DNA of 64,000 bases from Hemiscyllium ocellatum (lineage: Eukaryota). Within the stretch, counting starts at the first letter, position 1, and every line of letters starts with the position of its first letter. The translations under genes and the position numbers were made by a program. The notes beneath the pieces are model-generated. The model was not told the DNA's origin. It worked only from the letters and a program-made list of their open reading frames with translations, and searched no databases. Where the stretch lies: contig NC_083427.1 in the NCBI RefSeq assembly GCF_020745735.1, positions 1,271,438 to 1,335,437 on the forward strand, read 5' to 3'. This document shows positions 11,501 through 25,500 of the stretch, piece by piece.

Positions 11501-13794
11501 AAACTCAGGTTCTTACCAGTTGGAGAGAACAACCTCCAGAGATTTCCGAGAGGTACGTCAACTTGAAAGGATCTTCTCAAGTTTGAACCCTGTTATACTC
11601 CAACTGCTTCTGTCTGTTACTGTGAAACCGAAGTTCAAGAAGCTTGAACGTGGAGAACTGTTAACTCCCTTGCCATTGTTAAACTAAGCTTTTCCGAAAC
11701 ATTTTGGGACGTCTGTCTTTACAAAATCTTTCAAAAGAAAACAAGGACAAAATAATCTTTTTAAACGGACATCATTGTCACACCTCCACCTTCTCAAGCA
11801 CCAACGAGGAAGTGCACTAAGCACTGGATCCAGATAGCGATGCCAAATTCCCATGTAGCGAAGTGCTCCCCCCAGTATTGTAAACACATGAGCACTGTCA
11901 AAATCAGTAATAACATTTGAGGTAAACACTGAGTACTGCACTCGCCAACTTCTTCCTTTCCGAAAAAAAAGACTAGTCACTGCAACTTCAATTTTGTTTG
12001 GAAATTAACGCAGGCCTTTCTGCCAGTACCCCTATCCTGTGAACGATTGAAAAGAAAAGAAAAGAAAATCTCACTGTGAAGACAAAAGTTCCATTTTCCA
12101 TGAACGGTGCAACTTGCAGATAGGTTTTTGAGTGCAAAGAATGAGGAACAGACCATAAAGCCAATTAACTTTTTCAGTTAAGATTTGCAAACTGGTGCTC
12201 AACCACTGAATGACGTAACTCATTGCCTTCCCCAGTGTGCAGTGAAGGCTGGCCTATTGCATATTTTTTGCATTAATAAGGAAATCCTGATTTGGGGGAG
12301 CAGTCTGCAATTGGAGTTAGGATGGATTCCAATAAGCCGTCGTCTAATCACATGGCAGAACCGGTTCAAAGGGGCAAATAGCCTACCGTTGCTCCTCGTT
12401 CTTAATGCCTTACTTAGGATTACACAACTCCAGTCAATTTTATCGTAAGGTTACAGGCATGGTGGGTGAAGGTATTGCTGTTGATTATGTGCACAAGGCA
12501 AAACAGGAAGAATCACTGCCTAGCCGTCGACACATAATTGAAGAACATAAAATTAAATATGCAGCTCGGAATGGTTGAAAAATCCCTAAGAACATACGAT
12601 GGAGAAGGTTGCGCTGATTAATTGGTTCATTAAAAAAAGATGGTGGAGAAAAGATTCTTTTTCACTCAGTTTCAAGGATTCTTGCTCAATTCGATATAAA
12701 TGTGCTGATTTGGCTGTATCAGTGGAGGGCGCAGTTTATAGACAGGCCCAGCTGTCTCCTCATTTTCGACTGCCAGCTGGATGGACTAAAACGAACAAGT
12801 CTTATTTACATTCATTCAAGAGACAGTGAGAGCCAGTAAGTATGCAAGCATTTTATTGCCCATCCGGAGCTGAGATGGTGTCAATAATATGCAGTAGTCT
12901 CTGGTCTTGCAGAGACACACACAGTGCCGTTGAGAAGGTCGGTCAAAGACAGTACCCTTCAGCAATGGGCAACACTGCTGGAGCTGCGATATAACTCCAA
13001 GTCAAGACAGTGAGGGGCCTGGAAATACATTGAATTTATGTGTTACCATGCATCTGCTGCCCCATCCTTCTCGATTATAGAGGCCATTTGTAAACCATAC
13101 ATTGTAACATGTCTAAATGAGAACAAAGGGCACAACAGTAAGGTACGGGGTTTGGTTACCTCGGTTGGCTGAGTGTTTAGTTTCTGATATAGAGGGCAAG
13201 AGCATTAGTTGAATTCCCTTGGTAAATTTGCATTTACTGTCAGGGTGGATGCAATCGAGAATCTGGTGTTCTGAACCGAAAAAAATGGACTGATAGGAAA
13301 GACATTTGACATAGAGAAGTTATACAACCAAGACAGGATGCATGCTATTTGAGAATAAGGGACCTGAGGTGAGGTTTATGGAAATTCTGACCACAGTGTT
13401 CCAAGTCTAATGTTTTGAAGGACCTTACAGCAGAAATGGAGGATTGTAAATGATAGCCTTTTATTTAGGATTGTGGAGGGGGCGTGCAGCAAGCACGCAA
13501 ATGCCAGTAATATCAATTAGAAGCGTGGTCACAGGCAAAGCAAAGAACACTTGTACAGAACATGGCTAAAAACCAACATTTGTTGTTGACTTGGTACAGA
13601 CCGGGATGTGAATTTCCAATGACATTTGACATTTTGCAAGGGCTAAAACCTCGAAAAATGGTTTGGAATGGACCATCGGCAGTAAACCGTGTTATGGCTT
13701 CATAACTCTAGCCATAACCCTATTGCTTTATTAATACAAGATTTATTTTGTCCTGTTAAACACACGGAGGATACCATTCATTGAGAGGCATGCA

Positions 13795-16360
13795 GTCATA
13801 GAGTCATGCAACATGGAAACTGCCCCTTCAGCCCAACGGTTACATTCCATCAAGGGTTCCTAAACGGCACTTTGCTAATTTCCTCTGATTTCTCAATATC
13901 TCTATAAACCTTTGCAATCTATGTACCCGTCCAAATTGCGTTTACATGTTAGAACTGTACCTGCATCTACCACTTGCTCTGGCAGCTCATATGCATCACC
14001 CTCTGTGTGGAACAGTTGCCCCTCAGGTCACTTTTAAATTGTTTTCCTCTCACCCTAAACTTCTGCCCTCTTGTTTTGGACTGCTGTACAGTGGTGAAAA
14101 ATAGACCTTGGCGGTTCACCCTTTAAATGCCACTCGTGATTTTATGATATGGAGGTACTGGTGTTGGACTGTGGTGGACATGTTCAGAAGTCACAAAACA
14201 CAAAGTTACAGTCCAACGGGATTATTTGAAATCAAAAGCTTTCAAAGTGCTGCCCTTTCATAACATGAAGTGATGCAGAGGTACTGCTCTAGAAGGTTGA
14301 GATGACAAATAGATCTGTTTAGCTACAACTGGAAGTCATGTGACTTTTGACCATGACTTTATAAACATTTATAAGTTCACCATTCAGACTCGTACGCTCC
14401 AGGGAATAATAGTCCCAGCTTATCGAGTCTCACCTCTTAACTCAAACTCTGCTGCCTTGGGGACATCCTTATAAATGTTCTTTGCACCCTACCATTTTAA
14501 TGACATCTTTCCTGTAGTCTGACCGGAATTGTACACAGTACTCCAAATGTGGTCTCACCAATTATGTTAACATCCATAACATGAAATCCCAAACTCCTGT
14601 AATCAATGCTCTGACAGATGAAGGCAAGTGTGACAAACGGCCTTCTTCACCAACCAGTCTACCTGTGTCACCACTTTCAATGAACTGTGCCTCTGCGCCC
14701 TTAGAAATGTCAACATGCCCTTGGTTCTTCCATTAAGTCCTGATCTGGTTTGTCTTAAGAAAATGCAACACTTTGCATTTAAGTAATTTAAACTCCATCT
14801 GCCATTCCTCGCACCATTGGCCCAGTTCTCCTCGTATGGAACCTTCTTGACTTTGTAGTTAATTTGGAGTTGTTCACACACTCATGAACATTGTTTCAGA
14901 TATTCGCAACAAAAACATTTACTTAACCGATGAATAACAGTGAAACAAACACCAGTACTTGAGGCACACAACTGGTCACAACCTCCTGTCTGAACCACAA
15001 TCTATCACCACCCTCTGTCTATGAGCATGAAGCCAAATTTTCTAATTCACTAGCTCTTCCTGCATCCCATTTGTTTCTCATGGTATTATCCAGTCTGCCA
15101 TGCGGAACCTTGTTAAAGGCCTTACCAATGTCCATGTGCACAATGACTGCCATTCTGTCTTAATCTAACGTCTTGGTCACCCGTCCAATGATCTCAGTCA
15201 AATTAGTGAGACACGATCTCCCACGTGCAAAGTCATGCTGAGTGATCCTCATTAATCCTTGCCGTTCCAAATGCGCGTTAATATTTTCTCTCAGAATCCC
15301 CTTTAATAACTTATCCACCACTGACGTCAGACTTACTGTTATATAGTGTCCAGGCTTTTGCTTTCAGTCTTTCTTAAATAATGACAAAATACTTGAACCT
15401 TTCTGCCTTTGAGCAGTTCATCCGAGGTTGTCCATGTCACAGATATTTCTGCCAGACGCTGCAATTACATTTCTAGAGTCCCACAATATACTAGGATAAA
15501 CCTTAGCATGTCCCAGGTATTCGTCTACTTTTATGCATTTTCATGCCTTCTGTATAACCTTGTCAGTAATGTGGACTCTTCTCAAGAGATGAATGTTGAT
15601 TTCGCTGAGTTGCTCGCGTCCATGTTTTCCTGCATTCTGACACAAAATATTCGTTTGGGACCTCGCCCATCTCCTGTCGTTTCACACATATATGTGACCC
15701 TTCCTTTAAGAGGCCCTATTCTCTGCCTAGTTACTTTTTCGCACTTAATATACATGTAAAATCATTTTGGATTCGCCTTAATCTAAATTGCCAAAACTAT
15801 CTCCTATCCCCTTTATGCTGTACTCGTTTTCCTCTTAGGTATGCCCTCATACCCGCTTTACTCTCAAAGGATTCACGGATCTCAGATATTCACAACTGAA
15901 ATATGCCTCTTGCTTTTTCTTGACCCGAGCGTTAACATCTCTCCTCAGTCAGCGTTCCCTACTCCTGTCAGCTGTGCCCTTCACTCTCACAGGAACATGT
16001 TGTCTCTGAACTCTTGTTACGTCACTTTTGAACGCTTCCAATTTGCCAGATGTCCTTTTGCTTGCGAAGAGCCCCACCCAATCAACTGTTGACAGTTTCT
16101 ATGTAGTAACTTCAAAATTGTCAGTACCCTGATTTAGAATTGAACTTGTGCATTAGTTGTATCATTTTCCATTACTATTTTAGGAGAATAGAATTATAGT
16201 CACTGGTCCAAAATTTCTCATCCACTTGCCTGACTTATTTCCCAAGAAGTGGTCGACCTTTGCCTCTTCTCTGTACATCCATCTACATATTGATTAAGAA
16301 AACATTCTCCCTTGTAAAGGAAGCGTTGCTGTACCCATATCAGTGACATGAGAGGATGAA
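13795..16360 (-). mobile_element. CR1-like LINE ORF2 RT fragment plus 3' tail inside the repeat unit (present in every unit, partial in U0)
   Basis: Minus strand gives decayed KDCK..PGNY..VSLTSVVDKLLEGILR and KVPHGRL, plus HLEYCVQF-type motifs. The tail catagagtcatgcaacatggaaac is at 13797. Confidence 0.85.
14146..14351. mobile_element. ~206-bp short element nested in the LINE, with 11-bp target-site duplication (in U1-U6)
   Basis: Flanked by c(g/a)tgattttat (14135-14145) and catgactttat (14352-14362). The LINE reads through if the insert is removed. A related copy in opposite orientation is at ~59745-59810. Confidence 0.7.
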
Positions 16361-16995
16361 TAATAATCCATACGAATCACTCCATTGACACGTTTCTGTT
16401 TGAAACAGAATCGTAGAACCATAGAACATATCGATAGTCTAATCTGCCAGTTGTACATGCGTGCTGGCTACCTTGAAAGAGACATCGAATTTGTAGCACT
16501 TTAAATCACTTTCACACTGATTATTTTATTTGCAAACTACCCATTCTCTTGCTTTTTCAAGGTCAATGTGTTTTCTGTTGTCCCTCGTTTTAAAGCAAGT
16601 ATTTTACATTCATGCTCAGCTATTGACAGCACTGACAGAGAAAATGCTTTATTCCCACAACAAACCTATAATCATGAATCCATCAATTAAAAAGTCTCTG
16701 CAACTACAGAAATACGGCAACAGAAAGTGGAGTTGCAGGTCGATAGGATAGTGAAGAAGGTGTTTGATATGCTTGCCTTTATTGGTCACTCCATTGAGTA
16801 TTGAGTTGAGAGATCATGTTACGGCTGTACAGAACATTGGCTAATCTAGTTCTGGAGGACTATCTACAATTCTGGTCTCCCTGCTGAAGGAAGGATGTCG
16901 TCAACCCTGAAAGTTTTCACCATAGATTAACAAGGATTTTGCCATGAGTGGAGGGTTTGAGCTATCGGGAGAGTTTGAATAAACTGGTGCTATTC

Positions 16996-19900
16996 AAACT
17001 CAGGTTCTTACCAGTTGGAGAGAACAACCTCCAGAGATTTCCGAGAGGTACGTCAACTTGAAAGCATCTTCTCAAGTTTGAAACCCTGTTACACTTCAAC
17101 TGCTTCTGTCTGTTACTGTGAAACCGAAGTTCAAGAAGCTTGAACGTGGAGAACTTTTAACTCCCTTGCCATTGTTAAACTAAGCTTTTCCGAAACATTT
17201 TGGTACGTCTGTCTTTACAAAATCTTTCAAAAGAAAACAAGGACAAAATAATCTTTTTAAACGGACATCATTGTCACACCTCCACCTTCTCAAGGACCAA
17301 CGAGGATGGGCACTAAGCACTGGATCCAGATAGCGATGCCAAATTCCGATGTAGCGAAGTGCTCCCTCCAGTAGTGTAAACACATGAGCATTGTCAAAAT
17401 CAATAATAACATTTGAGGTAAACACTGAGTACTGCACTCTCCAACTTCTTCCTTTCCGAAATAAAAAGACTATTCACTGCAAGTACAATTTTGGTTGGAA
17501 ATTAACGCATGCCTTTCTGCCAGTACCCCTATCCTGTGAAAGATTGAAAAGAAAAGCCAGGAACGTGCTTCCAGTGAAATCCAACTATGAAGACAAAAGT
17601 TCCATTTTCCATGAACGGTGCAACTTGTAGATAGGGTTTTGAGTGCAAAGAATGTGGAGCAGGCCATAAAGACAATTAAGTTTTTCAGTTAAGGTTTGCA
17701 AACTGATGCTCAACTGAATGACTTAACACATTGCCTTCCCCAGTGTGCAGTGAAGGCTGGCCCATTGCATATTTTTTGCAATAAAAAGGAAATCATGATT
17801 TGGGAGAGCAGTCTGCAATTGGAGTTAGGCTGGAATCCAATGAGCCGTCGTCTTATCACATGGCAGAACAGGTTCAAAGGGGCAAATAGCCTACTGCTGC
17901 TTCTATTTCTTAATGCCTTACTTAGGATTGCACAAATCCAGTCAGCTTTATAGTAAGGTTACAGGCATGGCGGGTGAAGGTATTACGTGTACCTTCGTTA
18001 TGTGTACAAGGCAAAACAGGAAGAATCACTGCCTCGGCGTCTACGTATAATTGAAGATCATAAAATTAAATATGCAGCTCGATATGGTTAAATAATCCCT
18101 TAGAACATACGAAGGAGAAGGATTCGCTTATTAATTGGTTCAGTGTAAAGAGATGGTGGAGAAAATATTCTTTTTCACTCAGTTTCCAGGATTCTTGCTC
18201 AATTTGATATAAATGTGCTGATTTGGCTGAATCAGTAGAGGGCGCAGTTTATAGACAGGCCCAACTCTCGTCTCATTTTCTACTGTCAGCTGGATGGAAT
18301 AAAACGAGCAAGTATTATTTTCATTCATTCAAGAGACAGTGAGAGTCAGTAAATATGCAAGCATGTTATTGCCCATCCGGAGCTGACATGGTGTCAATGA
18401 TACGCAGTAATCTCTGGTCTTGCAGAGACACCTACAGTGCTATTGAGAAGGTCGGTCAAAGACTGTACCCTTCAGGAATGAGCAATACTGCTGGAGCTGC
18501 GATATAATTCCAAGTGAAGACGGTGAGGGGCTTGGAAAAATCATTGAATTTATGTGTGTTCCCAGGCATCTGCTGCCCCATCCTTCTCGATTATAAAGGC
18601 CATTTGTAAACCATATATTGTATCATTTCTAAATCAGAACAAAGGACACAACATATTGCAGGATGGTACGGGGATTGGTTACCTCGGTTGGCTGAGTGTT
18701 TATTTTCTGATAGAGAGGGCAATAGCGTTGGTTGAATTCCCTTGGTAAATTTGCATTTACTGTCAGGGAGGATGCAATCGAGAATCTGGTGGTCTGAACC
18801 GAAGAAAAAAGAGGACTGTTAGGAAAGACATTTGACGTAGAGAAGTTATACAACCAAGACAGGATGTATACCATTTGAGAATAAGGGACGTGAGGTGAGG
18901 TTTATGGAAATTCTGACCACAATGTTCCAAGTCTAATGTTTTGAGGGACCTTACAGCAGAAATGGAGGATTGTAAATGATAGCCTTTTATTTAGGATTGT
19001 GGAGGGGGCGTGCAGGAAGCGCCCAAATACAAGTAATATCAATTGGAAGCGTGGTCACAGGCAAAGTAAAGAACACTTGATGGCTAAAACCCAACATTTG
19101 TTGTTGACTTGGTACCGACCGGGATGTGAATTTCCAACGACATTTGACATTTTGCAAGTGCTAAAACCTCGCAAAATGGGTTGGAATAGACCATCGGCAG
19201 TAAACCGCATTATGGCGTCATAACTCTAGCCATAACCCTATTGCTTTATTAATACAAGATTTGTTTTGTCCTGTTAAAAACACGGAGGATACCATTCATT
19301 TAGAGGCATGCAGTCATAGAGTCATGCAACATGGACACTGCCCCTTCAGCCCAACTGTTACATTCCATCAAGGGTTCCTAATCGGAACTTTCCCAATTTC
19401 CTGCGATTGGTCCATATCTCTATAAACCTTTGCAATCTATGTACCCGTCCAAATTGCGTTTACATGTTAGAACTTTACCTGCATCTACCACTTGCTCTGG
19501 CAGCTCATATGCGTCACCCTCTGTGTGGAACAGTTGCCACTCTGGTCACTTTTAAATTGTTTTCCTCTCAGCCTAAACTTCTGCCCTCTTGTTTTGGACT
19601 ACTGTACAGTGGGGGAAAAAAAAGACCTTGGCTGTTCACCCATTAAATGCCACTCGTGATTTTATGATATGAGGTACTGGTGTTGGACTATGGTGGACAT
19701 GTTCAAAAGTCACAAAACACAAAGTTACAATCCAACGGGATTATTTGAAATCAAAAGCTTTCAAAGTGCTGCCCTTTCATCACATGAAGTGATGCAGAGA
19801 TAGTGCTTTGGAAGGTTGTGATGACAAATAGATCTGTTTAGCTACAACTGGAAGTCATATGACTTTTGACCATGACTTTATAAACATTTATAAGGTCACC

Positions 19901-22508
19901 CTTCAGCCTCGTACGTTCCAGGGAATAACAGTCCGAGCTTATCGAGTCTCACCTCTTAACTCAATCCCTCCTGCCTTGGGAACATCCTTATAAATATTCT
20001 TTCCATCCTACCATTTTAATGACATCTTTCCTGTAGTCTGACCGGAATTGTACACAGTACTCCAAATGTGGTCTCACCAATTATGTTAACATCCATAACA
20101 TGAAATCCCAAACTCCTGTAATCAATGCTCTGACAGGTGAAGGCAAATGTGACATACGGCCTTCTTCACCAACCAGTCTACCTTTGTCACCACTTTCAAT
20201 GAACTGTGCCTCTGCGCCCCGAGAAATGTCAACATGCCATTGGTTCTTCCATTAAGTCCTGATCTGGTTTGTCTTAAGAAAATGTAACACTTTGCATTTA
20301 AGTAATTTAAACTCCATCTTCCATTCCTCGCACCATTGGCCCAGTTCTCCTCGTATGGAACCTTCTTGACTTTGTATTTAATTTGGACTGAGTCATGAAC
20401 AATGTCTCAGATTTTCTCAACAAAAACGTTTACTTAACCGATGAATAACAGTGAAACAAACACCAGTACTTGAGGCACACAACTGGTCACAACCTCCAGT
20501 CTGAACCACAACCTCTATCACCACCCTCTGTCTATGAGCATAAAGCCAAATTTTCTAATTCACTAGTTCTTCTTGCGTCCCATTTGTTTCTCATGGTATT
20601 ATCCAGTCTGCCATGCGGAACCTTGTTAAACGCCTTACCAATGTCCATGTGCACACTGTCTGCCATTCTGTCTTAACCTATCGTCTTGGTCACCCCTCCA
20701 AAGATCTCAGTGAAATTAGTGAGACACGATCTCCCACGTGCAAAGTCATGCTGAGTGATCCTCATTAATCCTTGCCGTTCCAAATGCACGTTGATATTTT
20801 CTCTCAGAATCCCCTCTAATAACTTATCCACCACTGACGTCAGGCTTTCTGTTATATAGTTCCCATGCTTTTGCTTTCAATCTTTCTTAAATAATGACAA
20901 AATACTTGAACCCGCTTTCCTTTTAGCAGTTCATCCGTGGTTGTGCATGTCACAGATATTTCTGCCAGGCGCTGCAATTACATTTCGAGAGTCCCACAAT
21001 ATACTAGGATAAACCTAAGCATGTCCCAGGTATTCGTCTACTTTTATGCATTTTAATGCCTTCAGTATCTCCTTGTCAGTAGTGAGGACTCTTCTCAAGA
21101 GATGAATATTGATTTCGCTGAGTTGCTCGCGTCCATGTCTTCCTGCGTTCTGACACAATATATTCGTTTGGGACCTCGCCCATCTCCTGTCGTTTCACAC
21201 ATATACGTGACCCTTTCTTTAAGGGGCCCTATTCTCTCCCTAGTTACTTTATCGCCCTTAATATACATGTAAAATCATTTTGGATTCTCCTTAATCTAAA
21301 TTGCCAAAACTATCTCCTATCCCCTTTATGCTGTACTCGTTTTCCTCTTAGGTATGCCCCTATAGCCCCTTTACTCTCAAAGGATTCACTGACCTCAGAC
21401 ATTCACAACTGAAATATGCCTCTTGCTTTTTCTTGACCCGAGCGTTAACATCTCTCCTCAGTCAGCGTTCCCTACTCCTGTCAGCTGTGCCCTTCACTCT
21501 CACAGGAACATGTTGTCTCTGAACTCTTGTTATGTCAGTTGTGAACGCTTCCAATTTGTCAGATGTCCGTTTGCTTGCGAAGAGCCCCACCCAATCAACT
21601 GTTGACAGTTTCTATGTAGTAACATCAAAATTGGCAGTACCTTGATTTAGAATTGAACTTGTGCATTAGTTGTATCATTTTCCATTACTATTTTAGGATA
21701 ATAGAATTACAGTCACTGGTCCAAAATTTCTCATCCACTTGCCTGGCTTATTTCCCAAGAAGTGGTCGACCTTTGCCTCTTCTCTGCACATACATCTACA
21801 TATTGATTAAGAAAACATTCTCCCTTGTAAAGGAAGCGTTGCTGCACCCATATCAGTGACATGAGAGGATGAATAATAATCCATACGAATCACTCCATTG
21901 ATACATTTCTGTTTGAAACAGAATCGTAGAACCATACAACATATCGATAGTCTAATCTGCCAGTTGTACATGTGTGCTGGCTACCTTGAAAGAGACATCG
22001 AATTTGTAGCACTTTAAATCGCTTTCACACTGATTATTTTATTTGCAAACTACCCATTCTCTTGCTTTTTCAAGGTCAATGTGTTTTCTGTTGTCCCTCG
22101 TTTTAAAGCAAGTATTTTACATTCATGCTCAGCTATTGACAGCACTGACAGAGAAAATGCTTTATTCCCACAACAAACCTATAATCATGAATCCATCAAT
22201 TAAAAATTCTCTGCAACTACAGAAATACGGCAACAGAAAGTGGAGTTGCAGGTCGATAGGATAGTGAAGAAGGTGTTTGATATGCTTGCCTTTATTGGTC
22301 ACTCCATTGAGTATTGAGTTGAGAGGTCATGTTACGGCTGTACAAAACATTGGCTAATCTAGTTCTGGAGGACTATCCACAATTCTGGTCTCCCTGCTGA
22401 AGGAAGGATGTCGTCAACCCTGAAAGATTTCACCATAGATTAACAAGGATTTTGCCATGAGTGGAGGGTTTGAGCTATCGGGAGAGTCTGAATAAACTGG
22501 TGCTATTC
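16996..22508. repeat. Array unit U2 (full length)
   Basis: Anchor-to-anchor distance of 5513 bp. Confidence 0.93.
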
Positions 22509-25500
22509 AAACTCAGGTTCTTACCAGTTGGAGAGAACAACCTCCAGAGATTCCGGAGAGGTACGTCAACTTGAAAGGATCTTCTCAAGTTTGAAACCCT
22601 GTTACACTCCAACTGCTTCTGTCTGTTACTGTGAAACCGAAGTTCAAGAAGCTTGAACGTGGAGAACTTTTAACTCCATTGCCATTGTTAAACTAAGCTT
22701 TTCCGAAACATTTTGGTACGTCTGTCTTTACAAAATCTTCAAAAGAAAACAAGGACAAAATAATCTTTTTAATGGGACATCATTGTCACACCCACACCTT
22801 CTCAAGGACCAACGAGGATGGGCACGAAGCACTGGATCAAGATAGCGATGCCAAATTCCCATATTGCGAAGTTCTGCCCCCAAGTATTGTAAGCACTTGA
22901 GCACTGTCAAAATCAGTAATAACATTTGAGGTAAAAACTGAGTAATGCACTCGCCAACTTCTCCCTTTCCGAAAAAAAAAGACTAGTCACTGCAACTACA
23001 ATTTTGTTTGGAAATTAACGCAGGCCTTTTTGACAGTACCCCTATCCTGTGAACGATTGAAAAGAAAAGCCAGGAACCTGCTTCCCGTGAAATCCTACTA
23101 TGAAGACAAACGTTCCATTTTCCATGAACGGTGCAACTTGTAGATAGGTTTTTGAGTGCAAAGAATGAGGAGCAGGCCATAAAGACAATTAATTTTCTCA
23201 GTTAAGGTTTGCAAACTGGTTCTCAACCACTGAATGACTTAACTCATTGCCTTCCGCAGATTGCAGTGAAGGCTGGCCCATTGCATATTTTTTGCAATAA
23301 AAAGGAAATCATGATTTGGGAGAGCAGTCTGCAATTGGAGTTAGGCTGGAATCCAATGAGCCGTCGTCTTATCACATGGCAGAACAGGTTCAAATGAGCA
23401 AATAGCCGACTGCTACTTCTATTTCTTAATGCCTTACTTAGGATTACACAAATCCAGTCAGTTTTATATTAAAGTTACAGGCATGGCGGGCGAAGGTATT
23501 ACGTGTACCTTCATTATGTGTACAAGGCAAAACAGGAAGAATCACTGCCTCGGCGTCTACACATAATTGAAGATCATAAAATTAAATATGCAGTTCGAAA
23601 TGGTTAAAAAATTCCTTAGAACATACGAAGGAGAAGGTTTCGCTGATTAATTGGTTCAGTGTAAAGCGATGGTGGAGAAAATATTCTTTTTCACTCAGTT
23701 TCCAGGATTCTTGCTCAATTTAATATAAATGTGCTGATTTGGCTGTATCAGTAGAGGGCGTAGTTTATAGACAGGCCCAACTCTCGTCTCATTTTCTACA
23801 GTCAGCTGGATGGAATAAAACGAGCAAGTATTATTTTCATTCATTCAAGAGACAGTGAGAGTCAGTAAGTATGCAAGCATGTTATTGCCCATCCGGAGCT
23901 GACATGGTGTCAATGATACGCAGTAGTCTCTGGTCTTGCAGAGACACCCACAGTGCTATTGAGAAGGTCGGTCAAAGACTGTACCCTTCAGGAATGAGCA
24001 ATACTGCTGGATCTGCGATATAACTCCAAGTGAAGACGGTGAGGGGCTTGGAAATACATTGAATTTATGTGTGTTCCCATGCATCTGCTGCCACATACTT
24101 CTCGATTATAGTGACCATTTGTAAACCATATATTGTAACATGTCTAAATGAGAACAAAGGACACAACATATTGCAGTATGGTACGGGGATTGGTTACCTC
24201 GGTTGGCTGAGTGTTTAGTTTCTGATAGAGAGGACAATGGCGTTGTTTGAATTCCCTTGGTAAATTTGCATTTACTGTCAGGGAGGATGCAATCGAGAAT
24301 CTGGTGGTCTGAACCAAACAAAAAAGAGGACTGTTAGGAAAGACATTTGACGTAGAGAAGTTATACAAACAAGACAAGATGTATACCATTTGAGAATAAG
24401 GGACGTGAGGTGAGGTTTATGGAAAGTCTGACCACAGTGTTCCAAGTCTAATGTTTTGAAGGACCTGACAGCAGAAATGGTGGATTGTAAATGATAGCCT
24501 TTTATTTAGTATTGTGGAGGGGCCGTGCAGCAATCACCCAAATGCCAGTAATATCAAGTGGAAGCGTGGTCACAGGCAAAGTAAAGAACACTTTATGGCT
24601 AAAAACCAACATTTGTTGTTGATTTGGTACCGACCGGGATGTGAATTTCCAATGACATTTGACATTTTGCAAGAGCTAAAACCTCGCAAAATGGATTGGA
24701 ATAGACCATCGGCAGTAAACCGTATTATGGCTTCATAACTCTAGATATAACCCTATTGCTTTATTAGTACAAAATTTATTTTGTCATGTTAAAAACACGG
24801 AGGATACCATTCATTTAGAGACATGCAGTCATAGAGTCATGCAACATGGAAACTGCCCCTTCAGCGCAACTGTTACATTCCATCAAGGGTTCCTAAACGG
24901 ATCTTTCCCAATTTCCTGCGATTTGTCCATATCTCTACAAACCTTTGCAATCCAAGTACCCGTCCAAATTGCGTTTACATGTTAGAACTGTACCTGCATC
25001 AACCACTTGCTCTGGCAGCTCATATGCGTCACCCTCTGTTTGGAACAGTTGCACCTCAGGTCACTTTTAAATTGTTTTCCCCTCACCCTAAACTTCTGCC
25101 CTCTTGTTTTGGACTGCTGTAGAGTGAGGGAAAAAAGACCTTGGCGGTTCACCCTTTAAATGCCACTCGTGATTTTATTGTATGGAGGTAATGGTGTTGG
25201 ACTATGGTGGACATGTTCAGAAGACACAAAACACAAAGTTACAGTCCAACGGGATTATTTGAAATCAAAAGCTTTCAAAGTGCTGCCCTTTCATAACATG
25301 AAGTGATGCAGAGGTACTGCTCTGGAAGGTTGTGATGACAAATAGATCTGTTTAGCTACGACTGGAAGTCATGTGACTTTTGACAATGACTTTATAAATA
25401 TTTATAAGTTCACCCTTCAGCCTCATACGCTCCAGGGAATAACAGTCCGAGCTTATCGAGTCTCACCTCTTAAGTCAAAGTCTCCTGCCTTGGGAACATC

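Larger units (their letters stand above)
11501..16995. repeat. Array unit U1 (full length)
   Basis: Anchor-to-anchor distance of 5495 bp. Confidence 0.93.
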
